From Promethearchaeota archaeon (GTDB lineage: Archaea; Asgardarchaeota; Lokiarchaeia; Sigyniarchaeales; SOKP01), in contig JAHPZE010000017.1 in the NCBI GenBank assembly GCA_019058365.1, positions 1 through 64,000 of the forward strand: a DNA stretch of 64,000 nt, written 5' to 3'. The notes under the pieces were generated by a model. It saw nothing but the letters and a program-made list of their open reading frames with translations. It was not told where the DNA came from and did not search any database. The translations under genes were made by a program, and so were the position numbers. Positions 1-10,321 of the stretch are shown here, one piece after another (position 1 is the first letter of the stretch; every line of letters starts with the position of its first letter).

Positions 1-296
1 CGCATACAATCGAACGCTTTAATTATCAAGCTAAATTAATATGATCATATTCTATAATTTTTCCTTTAAGGAAAAAGAATTAGTGTTTTCTAAAAATCTT
101 CCTGCTTCAAATACAAACTCAATTATAAATATAAAAATTTACAGTTATATTTATAGGGATATTGTCTATTTGTACTATATACTGGTACGAATTATAGTAA
201 TAGCTTGTTTTATAAAAAGTTTTAATTGTTAACCCAAATTATTGTTATATATATTTTTGTGGTAAAACTTAATTAATGGAACGTTTATAAAATTTT

Positions 297-368
297 GCGC
301 TCGTAGTATAGTGGTAAGTATGCTAGGTTCCCAACCTCGCGACCCGGGTTCAATTCCCGGCGAGCGCA
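297..368 (+). tRNA. tRNA-Gly(CCC)
   Basis: Acceptor stem GCGCTCG/CGAGCGC, anticodon loop TT-CCC-AA, T-arm CCGGG-TTCAATT-CCCGG; CCA not encoded. Confidence 0.95.
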
Positions 369-1389
369 TTTTAAAACACTTGTAAAATAGATAAAAAATC
401 AAATTTTTTTTTACATCTTTATACAAAATTCTTGGATATTAAGTAATGATATATAAGTTCAATTAATAATTTAGTTTCCTAAATTTTCAAAATTTATACT
501 TGAAAACAAAGAGTTTTGTTCTATTTCTTTACATAAATTAGAGTTTTCACCAAATAAAGATGCAACTCTATTCTAAGATATTTTTGCTTAACATTACTTT
601 TTTATTAACATCATCTTCTTTTGTAAACATATCTGATCTCTGTATTAAATTTAGATTTATTAATTTAAATTGATATTATACTTTAAATATAAATGCTTTC
701 GATTTCATTTTTAAAAAAGGATACTTACATACAAAAACAGTTAGTTAAATAATTTAAAACAATTCTTGTGGCAAAAATGTTAATGATGTTGGTTTTTTGA
801 GATTATCTTTTTTGTTTCAATATTAACATTTTTGTGTTCAAATATTCAATTTGTATGTAATTAGAAATTTCTTAAATAAAATTTAACACTTAAAACACTC
901 TTATTTATGTAATTCTTTTAAAATAATGTATCTAAATATTTTAAAAAATTATAAAGTTTTTTTTAAAAAATTAGTATAAATCCTTGTTGGCATATGATAA
1001 TTCGCTTTTTTCAAATGATAAAAAAAATTGTGCTTTAAATTGGGGCAACAATTTTCTTATAACAAAACTTTAAATATTTTTTTTCATATATGTTTTTTAG
1101 TTCAAAATTGAGAAAAATACAAACAATCCAAAAAAAATTAATATTTTGCATCAAAAAAAATAAAATGGTGTAAATTATTTTGTATTGAGGTTACTATATT
1201 ATTAAACAACATAATTGTAATTCAAAAACATTGAATCTACAAAAAATCCGCAGTATGTAAATATGATCGCAATGAATAATGCTCAAAATATTATTAATAA
1301 CTCGGGAAAGATACAAATGCTCGGTTATAATTTAATTGATATTCTTAATATTAAAGATTTTATAATTTAAAGAAGAGAGGTAAATAAAA

Positions 1390-1617
1390 CTGTCTGAGAA
1401 ACAAGAAAATAAAGGAAAAAATCAATATCACTTCTTTCTTTCTAAATCGGTTTGGGAAAAATTTGTCGTTGACCCTTATAATATAAAAGAAATGGTAAAA
1501 GCAGGTCAAATAAAAAAGTTACCAAAATTCTTAGATGATATAAATAGCATCTATAATTATCGAGGTGAGATTATCCGTATAATTAATCTCAAAATGAAAT
1601 TAAATTTAGATGAATAA
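1390..1617 (+). pseudogene. Truncated CheW-like ORF (75 codons, CTG start)
   Basis: Manual translation gives QYHFF..EKFVVDPYNIKEMVKAGQIKKLPKFLDDINSIYNYRGEIIRIINLKMKLNL, matching the N-half of CheW (F....E.YAI...V.EI....IT.VP.......G.INLRGEIIPVIDL). GAGG lies just upstream; stop at 1615-1617. Confidence 0.6.
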
Positions 1618-1909
1618 GTTCTATCGCACTCAAAATATAAAAAACATGAAGATAACCTAATACATGTTGAAACATTAAAGAGCGTTTTTCAAAAAAATAC
1701 CTTTGATAAAACACTGCACAAAAGTTATAAAGAAAATACATTCTAAAAATATATTATTTACAAATTAAATAAAATTTAATCTATCTTTTGAAAAGCAGTT
1801 TAAGAATATATTAGAGAACTGAAAAGGACATCTTGCTCCATTTGAAAAATCCCAGGAATTGGTTAGGAACATTTTTGCTCATTAACAAAATCTACTCTAT
1901 TTTAATCAT

Positions 1910-4099
1910 TTACCAAGATATCCCTTTAAAAAACTTAATCTCTTGAATTAATTTTTGAGATTCGTGTTTTGGAACCTCCATGAATGCGAAAAATTCATTC
2001 TGCCAAAATGCTCTTCCCGATGTAATTGACCGGACTTCTTCAGCAAATTTTATTGAATGTCTCACGGGCATTAGGATCTCAATAACTGCTTGATACTCTT
2101 TGTCTTGGTCAATGCTATTAATCTTTGCAGAATATTTTGAAAGTAAAGTAAGTGTATTCTTAATATACTCTGGAGGAAGTTGGATAATTGTGTGATAAAT
2201 TGGTTCTAATAGAATTAATTCGGCCTCAGTTAATCCTGCTTTTATCGCTTCATAGAACATTACTGATAATTCGTTAAATATATTTTCTTGAGAGATCTTT
2301 TCAATATCTAAAGAATCAACAGTTATCTTAATTTCTGTAAGTTTTTCAGAACATAGTGGACCGTTTAGATGTATTTTCTCAAAAATTTCAAAAATTATAT
2401 TTTTATAAAAGTCAATTAGCTCAAAATCACCTTTGTAAATTAATATGTTTTGGTCATAATCACACATCAAGAAATTTTCGATTTCTTCTTCATTTAAAGA
2501 GGTTTTTTCATACAAAATTTTATTTAATTTACTAGAAGGTTTTATTGTTTTGTAATCAATATTTCGAAAAAATCGCACTGTTTTGTCTTCTAATCTTTCA
2601 ATTTTCAATTTAAGAGATCCTAAACCATTGGGAGAGTTTACTGAAATTAATGAAGAATTTTTACGACAAGATTCTTTAAATACTGCTCTAGGTGCTGAAG
2701 TGGATACATTTACTCCTCTTTTTCCAATTTCATTAACTGTAACTTCAAGATGTAATGGACCCATCCCAGATAATAAGAATTCTCCATTTTCTTCATTAAT
2801 TTCGAATCTTAAATTTGGATCTTCAATTAATATATTCTCAATTAATTCTTTCATTTTGTCAAGGTCTCTTAAATATTCTGGTTCAATGGAGACGGTTACA
2901 ACGGGCGTTGTGATATATTTCACACTTTCGAATGGCACCATTCCATCAATACTATTACTATCTATTATCGTCTCCCCACTTTTTATCCTTTTGAGCCCTT
3001 CTATCGCTAATATATTCCCTACAGGTATATTTTCAACTTGTTCCCTTCTCTGTCCCATAAAGATGGCAATTCTTTGAATTCGATCATAAGTATTTTCATT
3101 TAAAAGAAAGATCTCCTTTTTATTTGTACAGCTCCCCGAAAAGATCCTTCCTGTTGAGATTAAACCATGTTTATCTACTTGTACTTTACTTAAACAAACT
3201 ATAAAAGGACCATTAGGATCACAATTAACCATAGCTTCTCCCAATTTAGTATTAATATTTCCATCCCATATCTTTTCAATTCTATATTTTTGTGCTTCTT
3301 TTGGATTTGGTAAATGATCGACAACCATTTCCAATATAGCTCTATGAATTGGAAGATATATAGATAAGTCAGCATAAGATTCTTTTGTATAGGTTTCCTT
3401 CTTATATCTTTCTCTAATATCTTTAAATTTCAAGTTACTCTTTTCTAAAATGTTGAATGTAAAGCCCCATTTATGAAGAGCTGAACCAAATGCGACATTA
3501 CCTGCTAGTGGTGAGACTTTCCATCGTTTATTGAATGGATGTTCAGCATATCTTTCTATTAGTGTATTGAAGGATTTAATAATTCGTATGTATTTTTTCT
3601 TGATCTCTTCATCAGAAAGCTTTAATTCTCTAATTAAACGATCTATTTTATTAATGAATAATACTGGTTTAACTCCTTCTTGTAGAGCTTGCTTAATTAC
3701 CGTTTCGGATTGTGTAATTACTTCCTCAACAGCATCTACTACTACAACAACACCATCAACTAGCCTCAATGCGCGAGTTACTTTTCCACTAAAATCCAAG
3801 TGCCCTGGTGTATCTACTAAATTAATAAGAAATGGGTCATGACCTTCAAGAGATTTCTCATAATACAAAGATATGTTTGCAGATTTCATGGTGATTCCTC
3901 GTCTTTGTTCTTCTTCTAGGAAATCCAAAGCGCGTGCTTCACCTGCCAAATCTGGGGATAAAAATCCTGCTTCACTTAGTAAAGAATCAGAAAGTGTAGT
4001 TTTTCCGTGATCTATATGACCAACTAAACCACAATTTCTGATATTCTGAGTTTTTTCCATTAAATTCAGTATTTCTGAGATTTCTTTTCGACGCGGCAT
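1910..4099 (-). CDS. Archaeal EF-2 paralog (aEF-2p type) lacking the diphthamide loop
   Basis: GHIDHGKT, RGIT, DTPGH and NKID GTPase motifs with EF-2 domains II-V; domain IV has no H-R-G diphthamide motif (ITVDSLDIEKISQENIF instead). Confidence 0.9.
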   Translation of the reverse strand: MPRRKEISEILNLMEKTQNIRNCGLVGHIDHGKTTLSDSLLSEAGFLSPDLAGEARALDFLEEEQRRGITMKSANISLYYEKSLEGHDPFLINLVDTPGHLDFSGKVTRALRLVDGVVVVVDAVEEVITQSETVIKQALQEGVKPVLFINKIDRLIRELKLSDEEIKKKYIRIIKSFNTLIERYAEHPFNKRWKVSPLAGNVAFGSALHKWGFTFNILEKSNLKFKDIRERYKKETYTKESYADLSIYLPIHRAILEMVVDHLPNPKEAQKYRIEKIWDGNINTKLGEAMVNCDPNGPFIVCLSKVQVDKHGLISTGRIFSGSCTNKKEIFLLNENTYDRIQRIAIFMGQRREQVENIPVGNILAIEGLKRIKSGETIIDSNSIDGMVPFESVKYITTPVVTVSIEPEYLRDLDKMKELIENILIEDPNLRFEINEENGEFLLSGMGPLHLEVTVNEIGKRGVNVSTSAPRAVFKESCRKNSSLISVNSPNGLGSLKLKIERLEDKTVRFFRNIDYKTIKPSSKLNKILYEKTSLNEEEIENFLMCDYDQNILIYKGDFELIDFYKNIIFEIFEKIHLNGPLCSEKLTEIKITVDSLDIEKISQENIFNELSVMFYEAIKAGLTEAELILLEPIYHTIIQLPPEYIKNTLTLLSKYSAKINSIDQDKEYQAVIEILMPVRHSIKFAEEVRSITSGRAFWQNEFFAFMEVPKHESQKLIQEIKFFKGISW

Positions 4100-4186
4100 G
4101 ATTCAACAAAATCATATTCTATAATTTTATTTAGGATTATAATTACTCTGATTAAAATTTTAGGATTTCGAATGAATAAAATTAGC

Positions 4187-4287
4187 GGGAAATGATTTTT
4201 CTCGCTACTCAAGATCTTCTTCATTTAATTGATTTTTTCATGATCAATCTCAGTTGGGTCAGATAGCACATTAAAAAATCATTTCCC
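4187..4287. other. Structured intergenic element (14-bp perfect terminal stem)
   Basis: GGGAAATGATTTTT (4187-4200) is the exact reverse complement of AAAAATCATTTCCC (4274-4287); inner stems GCTA/TAGC and TTGAT/ATCAA. Confidence 0.5.
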
Positions 4288-4306
4288 TATTATTAATAAG
4301 AGGAAT

Positions 4307-4939
4307 TTATAATTTAACTTCACCATCAATACGTACTATTCTTCCATCAAGATGCAATCTCCCATCACAAAACAGTTCGATTGCTTTGGGAAAGGCTTTA
4401 TGCTCCCATTCCAAGATCCTAGGAGCTAAAGTTTCTTTTGTATCAGTATCATAAACTGTTACAGGGTGTTGAATAATAATTGGACCATGATCTTCATGAG
4501 TATCAACAAAATGGACGGTAACACCAGAGACTTTGACCCCATAAGCAAGAGCATCTTCATGGGCATGCATTCCCTTGAAGCTTGGTAAAAGTGCTGGATG
4601 AATATTCATAATATTCCCTTTAAAATGGTCTAAGAACATTTCACTGATAAAACGCATGTAACCAACAAGCACGATAAGTTCACACCTGTATTTTTTTAGT
4701 ATATCTATCATTTTTCGGTCAAATTCCTCTCTTGTTCCTCTATGCTTGTCTGATTCAATTAAAACATAAGGTATATTATGATTTTTAGCTCTTTCCATAC
4801 AATAAGCTCCAGTTTTATTACAAATTAGTACTTCTACGGTTGCTTTATCTTTTAAAATCCCAGTTTCACATGCATTAACTATTGCTTCAAAATTCGAACC
4901 CGAACCAGACGCAATTGCTCCTATCTTTAATTTTCCCAT
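4307..4939 (-). CDS. purN: Phosphoribosylglycinamide formyltransferase
   Basis: SGSGSNFEAI, NIHPALLPSFKG, SGVTVHFVD and D.GPII motifs. Confidence 0.95.
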   Translation of the reverse strand: MGKLKIGAIASGSGSNFEAIVNACETGILKDKATVEVLICNKTGAYCMERAKNHNIPYVLIESDKHRGTREEFDRKMIDILKKYRCELIVLVGYMRFISEMFLDHFKGNIMNIHPALLPSFKGMHAHEDALAYGVKVSGVTVHFVDTHEDHGPIIIQHPVTVYDTDTKETLAPRILEWEHKAFPKAIELFCDGRLHLDGRIVRIDGEVKL

Positions 4940-5369
4940 AATATAATCTATGATTTTCTATCAAAAAAATATAACTTATTAATGATGTATTATCAAAGGG
5001 GAAAGAGTTAGAAAAAAAATATTTAATAATTTTTTAGATATACTATAATGATAATGTTTTTATTTTATCAATTTATATTTATCTTAGAAATTTAGTAATA
5101 TTTCATTCTAAAAATTATTCTCTTCTGAACATAAACTATATTGTAAGAGAATGTAATACTATTTATTAAAAATTAGCATTTACAGATTAAAATACGATAT
5201 TTACATATACATGAAATTTCGAGTGTTATTAATTAATTGACCAATATAGAGTCATTTTAAAAGGAGAATCGAATAATAATACCAAGAAGATAGAATCTAA
5301 ATTTCACAATTTACCTTTAAAAATTAAGTATTAAATAGAAAAACTAAATAACCATAATAATGAAGATTT

Positions 5370-7280
5370 ATGAGTTTCGAAAGTGAATTGGAGCGAATTA
5401 AAGAGGAAATTACCCAAAATCTACCACCAGATATTAATGTCAAAAAGATTGAATTTGAGGGTCCTGAAATTGCTGTATATTCAGAAAATTCAGATGTAGA
5501 AGCCACTGAAAGTTCAACGGTATTAAAAGATTTAGCAAAAACCATGCGAAAACGTGTTGTTTTTCGATGGAATGTAGAAAAGCGTAAAGACCCCGCCGAA
5601 ACCGAGGCTTACATTAGAAATTTAGTTAATGAAGATGCTGAGATTTCCGCTATTGAATTTGATCATACAAGAGGCGAAGTAATAATAGAATCTGGGAAAC
5701 CAGGTCTCGTTATTGGCAAAAAAGGCTCTAATCTAAAAGAGATAAGAACCAATACATTTTGGCAGCCTAAAACTATACGTACTCCTCCATTAGCATCAAG
5801 AACTATACAATTAATTAGAGGAATGCTTACAAAAGAACGCCAAACTCAAAAAGATATTTTATTAGAAATTGGGAAAAGAATTCATAGACCCCCTCTCTTT
5901 AGAGAGTTAAATATTAGGATGCATGCTTTAGGTGGTTTTAGAGAAGTAGGAAGATCCTGTATATTAATACAAACTAGGGATAGTAATGTGCTATTAGATT
6001 GCGGATTAAATGTAGGGAATCCGAATGATAAATTTCCATACTTCGATGTGCCTGAATTTTCAGTAAGAGATCTCGATGCAGTAATAATTTCACATGCTCA
6101 TTTAGATCACTGTGGACTTGTACCATTTCTATATAAATATGGATATCGTGGTCCAGTTTATTGTACATTACCCACACGTAATCTTTCAACAATGTTACAA
6201 TTAGATTTTATTCAAATTTGTGAAAAAGAAGGAATACCATCACCATATTCAAAAAGAGATGTAAAATCAACTGTACTTCATACAATCCCTCTTTCTTGGG
6301 GAAAGGTAACAGATATTGCACCAGATATTAAGTTAACACTTCATAATTCAGGGCATATTTTAGGATCATCAATGGTTCACCTTCACTTTGGAAAGGGAGA
6401 TTATAATTTTGTATATACAGGCGATTTTAAATATCAAAAAACCCGGCTTTTAGAAAAAGCTGCTGTTAAATTTCCAAGAGTAGAAAGTCTTTTAATTGAA
6501 TCTACATATGGTGGACCTCAAGATCGTATTCCTAGTAGACAGGAATCTGAAAAAGAACTTAAACAGATTTTGAATTCAACTCTAAAAAGAGGAGGAAAAG
6601 TTCTAATTCCTGTCTTAGCGGTTGGGAGAGCTCAAGAATTATTAATAGTCTTAGAAGAATATATTTCAAAAGGTTTTATTGATAAAGTACCTATTTTTAT
6701 CGATGGATTAATTAGTGAAGCTACTGCTATCCATACTGCTAATCCAGATTTCCTGAGTAGTGATTTAAGAGAAAAAATCTTACATCAGGGGAAGAATCCA
6801 TTTCTAAGTGATTATTTCGAGACAGTATCCGCTCAAGAAGAAAGACTAGACATTATTAAAGGAGGACCTTGCATCATTATGGCTACTAGTGGTATGCTTA
6901 TTGGAGGTCCATCTGTGCAATATTTAAGAAGTCTCGCAAATGATGCTAATAATTCATTGATCTTTGTATCATATCAAGTTAGTGGAACATTGGGCTCACG
7001 TATTCAACGCGGATTCCGAGAATTCCAATATGTGGATGCGAAAGGGAGAACACAGCTAGTAAGGTTGAATTTAAAGGTATTCACTTTAGAAGGTTTTTCG
7101 GGTCATTCGTCCCGAAGTCAAATCTCCCAATTCTTGAGGAGAATCCAACCACGCCCTAAAACAGTTATAGTAAATCACGGAGAAGAAAGTAAGTGTATAA
7201 GTCTTTCAACTATGATTCACAAAAAACTTAGAAAATCAACAAAAAGTCCTAAGAATCTGGAAACTCTCTTTCTTAAGTAA
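5370..7280 (+). CDS. fttA: aCPSF1/FttA beta-CASP ribonuclease with N-terminal KH domains (transcription termination factor)
   Basis: KH motif PGLVIGKKG, GGFREVGRS, SHAHLDH, GHILGS and FSGHS; typical length of about 636 aa. Confidence 0.95.
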   Translation: MSFESELERIKEEITQNLPPDINVKKIEFEGPEIAVYSENSDVEATESSTVLKDLAKTMRKRVVFRWNVEKRKDPAETEAYIRNLVNEDAEISAIEFDHTRGEVIIESGKPGLVIGKKGSNLKEIRTNTFWQPKTIRTPPLASRTIQLIRGMLTKERQTQKDILLEIGKRIHRPPLFRELNIRMHALGGFREVGRSCILIQTRDSNVLLDCGLNVGNPNDKFPYFDVPEFSVRDLDAVIISHAHLDHCGLVPFLYKYGYRGPVYCTLPTRNLSTMLQLDFIQICEKEGIPSPYSKRDVKSTVLHTIPLSWGKVTDIAPDIKLTLHNSGHILGSSMVHLHFGKGDYNFVYTGDFKYQKTRLLEKAAVKFPRVESLLIESTYGGPQDRIPSRQESEKELKQILNSTLKRGGKVLIPVLAVGRAQELLIVLEEYISKGFIDKVPIFIDGLISEATAIHTANPDFLSSDLREKILHQGKNPFLSDYFETVSAQEERLDIIKGGPCIIMATSGMLIGGPSVQYLRSLANDANNSLIFVSYQVSGTLGSRIQRGFREFQYVDAKGRTQLVRLNLKVFTLEGFSGHSSRSQISQFLRRIQPRPKTVIVNHGEESKCISLSTMIHKKLRKSTKSPKNLETLFLK

Positions 7281-7507
7281 AATTCCAACATAGCAGTAAA
7301 TCTACTAAGAGATATAATTTAAATATCTAAAAACTCTTTTATTCTATAGGAAACAACATTTAATATTGGATTACGTATGAATTTCAAATTAATGAGCATA
7401 TTTCACTGAACTTCAATTTCTTTTATTTTGTTTTTTCCGAGAAAAATTAATTTTTTTAAACAGTATTAATTAATCTTTTTAAGAAAAAGAGTGCTCAGTG
7501 GTAATTT

Positions 7508-8449
7508 TTGGATTTAAAAAACTTCAAGTTAAGAAATCATTTAATCACTATATTTAGACGAATTGTTCAGATTGTCGCATTTCTCCTTATTAATTATGTT
7601 ATTTTGGAATTAATCTTTTCTATTAATTTGATTGGATTAGAAGGGGTACTGAAAGTGCTTCCAATTTTGAATTCCCCCAGAAATCCTCTTTCACATGGAG
7701 CTGGAATGCTAGAATATATTTTCTTTTCTATTACAGAAGGAATAATTCCAATTTTTTTAATAGGAATTTTAATAATAATAATATTATTGACAAGTAGATT
7801 CTTTTGCGGATGGATATGCCCTATAGGGGCAATTCAAGATGCCTGTGCTGCAATTCCAACAAAAAAGAAGACAATAAAACCAAGTACACACAAATCATTA
7901 TTGAAAATTAAGTATGTAATAGTGATTATTTTAGTTATTATACTTGTTCCATTAGGAATTACAGCAACTACAAGTGTATCATTTTATATTGATTATAAAG
8001 CGAATCTAGGTACTTTAGGGAATAAACCACTTTCTTTTTTTTCTTTAGCAGAATATATTTTTGTCTTCTTTCCAAATATAATTCGTGAAATTTTTCAAAC
8101 TAATAGTTTGGCACCGATTTTTTCCAATCTTTTAGTTTTTTTCGTCTCAATCTTCTATTTGGTTCTTATAATTGCGTCGGTATGGTATCCTCGAGTTTAT
8201 TGTAGATACTTTTGTCCATTTGCCGCAGTATCTTCTACAATTAGCGAGTATTCCTTTTTGAAATTATCTCGGAGTCCTGTAAGATGTGTTGGACGAACTG
8301 ATTGTGGGATATGCGAAAAAGAATGCCCAAAACAAATAAGAATATTAGATGAACCATTCGAATTTTTTACTGGTAAAGGGGAATGCAATTACTGTTTGAA
8401 ATGCAAGGAGTCTTGTCCATATGGGGCAATCGAAATAAAATTTGGTTGA
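7508..8449 (+). CDS. Membrane 4Fe-4S protein (NapH/MauN-like)
   Basis: RFFCGWICP and RVYCRYFCP motifs, several TM helices, two C-terminal ferredoxin-like Cys clusters. Confidence 0.85.
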   Translation: MDLKNFKLRNHLITIFRRIVQIVAFLLINYVILELIFSINLIGLEGVLKVLPILNSPRNPLSHGAGMLEYIFFSITEGIIPIFLIGILIIIILLTSRFFCGWICPIGAIQDACAAIPTKKKTIKPSTHKSLLKIKYVIVIILVIILVPLGITATTSVSFYIDYKANLGTLGNKPLSFFSLAEYIFVFFPNIIREIFQTNSLAPIFSNLLVFFVSIFYLVLIIASVWYPRVYCRYFCPFAAVSSTISEYSFLKLSRSPVRCVGRTDCGICEKECPKQIRILDEPFEFFTGKGECNYCLKCKESCPYGAIEIKFG

Positions 8450-8594
8450 ATTTATTGATACATTTCTAATTTCTAAAGATAGAACTCCTAAAATTAAATC
8501 AAAATTTAAAATTTTAATTTATAATATAAGTAAAATCTTTATAATAGCCTATCTAATCTTATATCAATACTATCGAAGATATAAACATTAAACT

Positions 8595-9812
8595 TTGGGT
8601 TTTAAAACAATGGATAAACAATTGATAGATTTTTTACAAACACGGATGAAAAGAGATGTCAATGTAGGAATTTATGGTATATTTGATTCAGAATCAATCA
8701 GGTTCTATGAAGAAACAAGTGTAGATATCCGACCTCCCTTTTTTAGAGATGTAGATCGTATTGTCCATTCAAAAGCTTATGCTCGCTATATTGATAAATC
8801 TCAGGTTTTTTTCAATGTAAATAATGCTAATATCACTCATCGTTCGCTTCATGTTCATATAGTTTCAAGAATGGCTCGCCAAATTGGGCGAGTTTTAAGA
8901 CTTAATACAGATCTTATTGAAGCAATTGCCTTAGGGCACGATATTGGTCATTCTCCATTTGGTCATTTAGGTGAAGAGATACTAAATGATATTAGCAGAA
9001 ATTATAATATAGGAAGTTTTAGTCATAATGCTCAAGGTGTACGATGGCTTTCCTGCCTTGAAAGAAGATTTCCAGAAAAACCAGCGAAAGGACTTAATTT
9101 GAGCTTACAAGTTCTTGATGGAATACTTTGCCATGATGGAGAAGTAAATGAACAAAAATTAAAGCCAATTAAAAGAAATGGTAAAACATGGGAAGATCAT
9201 TTTAGAGAATATGAAGACTGTTTTAAGGACAATAAAATTAAGCGAATTCCGATGTCGTATGAGGCTATTGTCACAAGATTTGCTGATACAATTAGTTATA
9301 TTGGTAGGGATATTGAAGATGCAATACTACTGAAATTTATTAAGAGAAAAGATATTCCAGAAAATTGTAAGAATGTTCTTGGAGATACAAATCCTAAGAT
9401 AATAAACACCCTTATTACTGATTTATTAATCTATAGCTTAGATACTGATGAGATTGGCTATAGTACTGAAATTTTTCAAGCTTTAAAGGAATTAAAAGCA
9501 TTTAATTATGAAATGATTTATGTTAGAAGAGATTTACTTAAGAAGAATTCTTCAGATAAAACATTCTTAGATAAACTAAAAGCAAAATTTGAACTCATCT
9601 TCGAAAATTCTTTAAAAGATTTAGAAACAGATCATTATAGTTCTCCTATTTTTAAAGATCATATAGAATATATAGATGATCAGAATTATAGTACATATTT
9701 TAAACCTCTCAAAAAGAGTAAGCAATTAACCTTAATAGCGAGAGATTATATCGCAGGCATGTCTGATAAATATTTTAATGATATATACGATCTTTTTCAA
9801 AAAAATAAATGA
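8595..9812 (+). CDS. HD-domain dGTP triphosphohydrolase-like protein (start may be ATG 8610)
   Basis: RDVDRIVHS, KSQVF, HDIGHSPFGH.GE, H.G, AD.ISY..DIEDA and RDYIAGMSD motifs. Confidence 0.88.
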   Translation: MGFKTMDKQLIDFLQTRMKRDVNVGIYGIFDSESIRFYEETSVDIRPPFFRDVDRIVHSKAYARYIDKSQVFFNVNNANITHRSLHVHIVSRMARQIGRVLRLNTDLIEAIALGHDIGHSPFGHLGEEILNDISRNYNIGSFSHNAQGVRWLSCLERRFPEKPAKGLNLSLQVLDGILCHDGEVNEQKLKPIKRNGKTWEDHFREYEDCFKDNKIKRIPMSYEAIVTRFADTISYIGRDIEDAILLKFIKRKDIPENCKNVLGDTNPKIINTLITDLLIYSLDTDEIGYSTEIFQALKELKAFNYEMIYVRRDLLKKNSSDKTFLDKLKAKFELIFENSLKDLETDHYSSPIFKDHIEYIDDQNYSTYFKPLKKSKQLTLIARDYIAGMSDKYFNDIYDLFQKNK

Positions 9813-9882
9813 ATCCTGTTTTTATACTTTAGATTTACTTTCATAAACATATTATATCCATATCATATTGATATTTAATTTT

Positions 9883-10030
9883 AAAAAGGGTGGATCACAC
9901 CGTGGAGGAATATAGTAAAAAAGTATTTTCAGTTTATACGGGGTTTTTTTTCAGTCACACGGGGTTATTAAAAATTAGGTTTTTTAAACTGATATCTTTT
10001 TGAGTCCTCCAATGATATGGTGTGGTCCAA
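9883..10030 (-). ncRNA. Candidate ~145-nt structured non-coding RNA
   Basis: Four nested complementary segments (9891-9901/10019-10029, 9903-9909/10005-10011, 9918-9923/9996-10001, 9929-9936/9985-9992). On the minus strand, a TATA-like TTTTTATT lies ~25 nt upstream and a T-tract directly follows the terminal stem. Confidence 0.55.
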
Positions 10031-10229
10031 GTTATTATATAGTACTTAGTAAATAAAAATTTATCCTAATTTTTTTATTAATTAAAATTTCCTTTTAATT
10101 AAGAATTATAATAAAATAACGCCAGATATCAAATCTAAGGTAAAGTTTTTTAGAAATTTTAAATATTAAAGAATTAATTACAATAGATTTTATTAAATGC
10201 GGTCTAATCCTTTGGAATATAAAAAATTT

Positions 10230-10302
10230 AGCGGATTGGTGTAGAGGTCAAGCATTTGGGACTCTGAATCCCGAGACAGCGGTTCGAATCCGCTATCCGC
10301 TA
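10230..10302 (+). tRNA. tRNA-Gln(CTG)
   Basis: Acceptor AGCGGAT/ATCCGCT (A1-U72, typical of archaeal tRNA-Gln), anticodon arm TGGGA-CT-CTG-AA-TCCCG, T-loop TTCGAAT. Confidence 0.95.
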
Positions 10303-10321
10303 TTTTCTTTTTATTATAATC

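Noticed and set aside
229-426. 65-aa minus-strand ORF
   Set aside because: Antisense shadow of tRNA-Gly (PGIEPGS pattern)
369-1150. AT-rich gap as replication origin
   Set aside because: No ORB repeats recognised and no cdc6/orc1 gene nearby
2583-3842. Plus-strand ORFs inside EF-2 and similar shadow ORFs elsewhere
   Set aside because: Antisense or alternate-frame ORFs overlapping well-supported genes
8595-9812. dGTPase as antiviral nucleotide-depletion system
   Set aside because: Housekeeping context; cannot be distinguished from ordinary dGTPase-like proteins by eye
9926-9966. TTTTCAGT..ACGGGG repeats as ORB boxes, or AAAACCCC as a telomerase-like template
   Set aside because: Only two copies, poor match to the ORB consensus, no initiator or reverse transcriptase gene; resemblance likely coincidental
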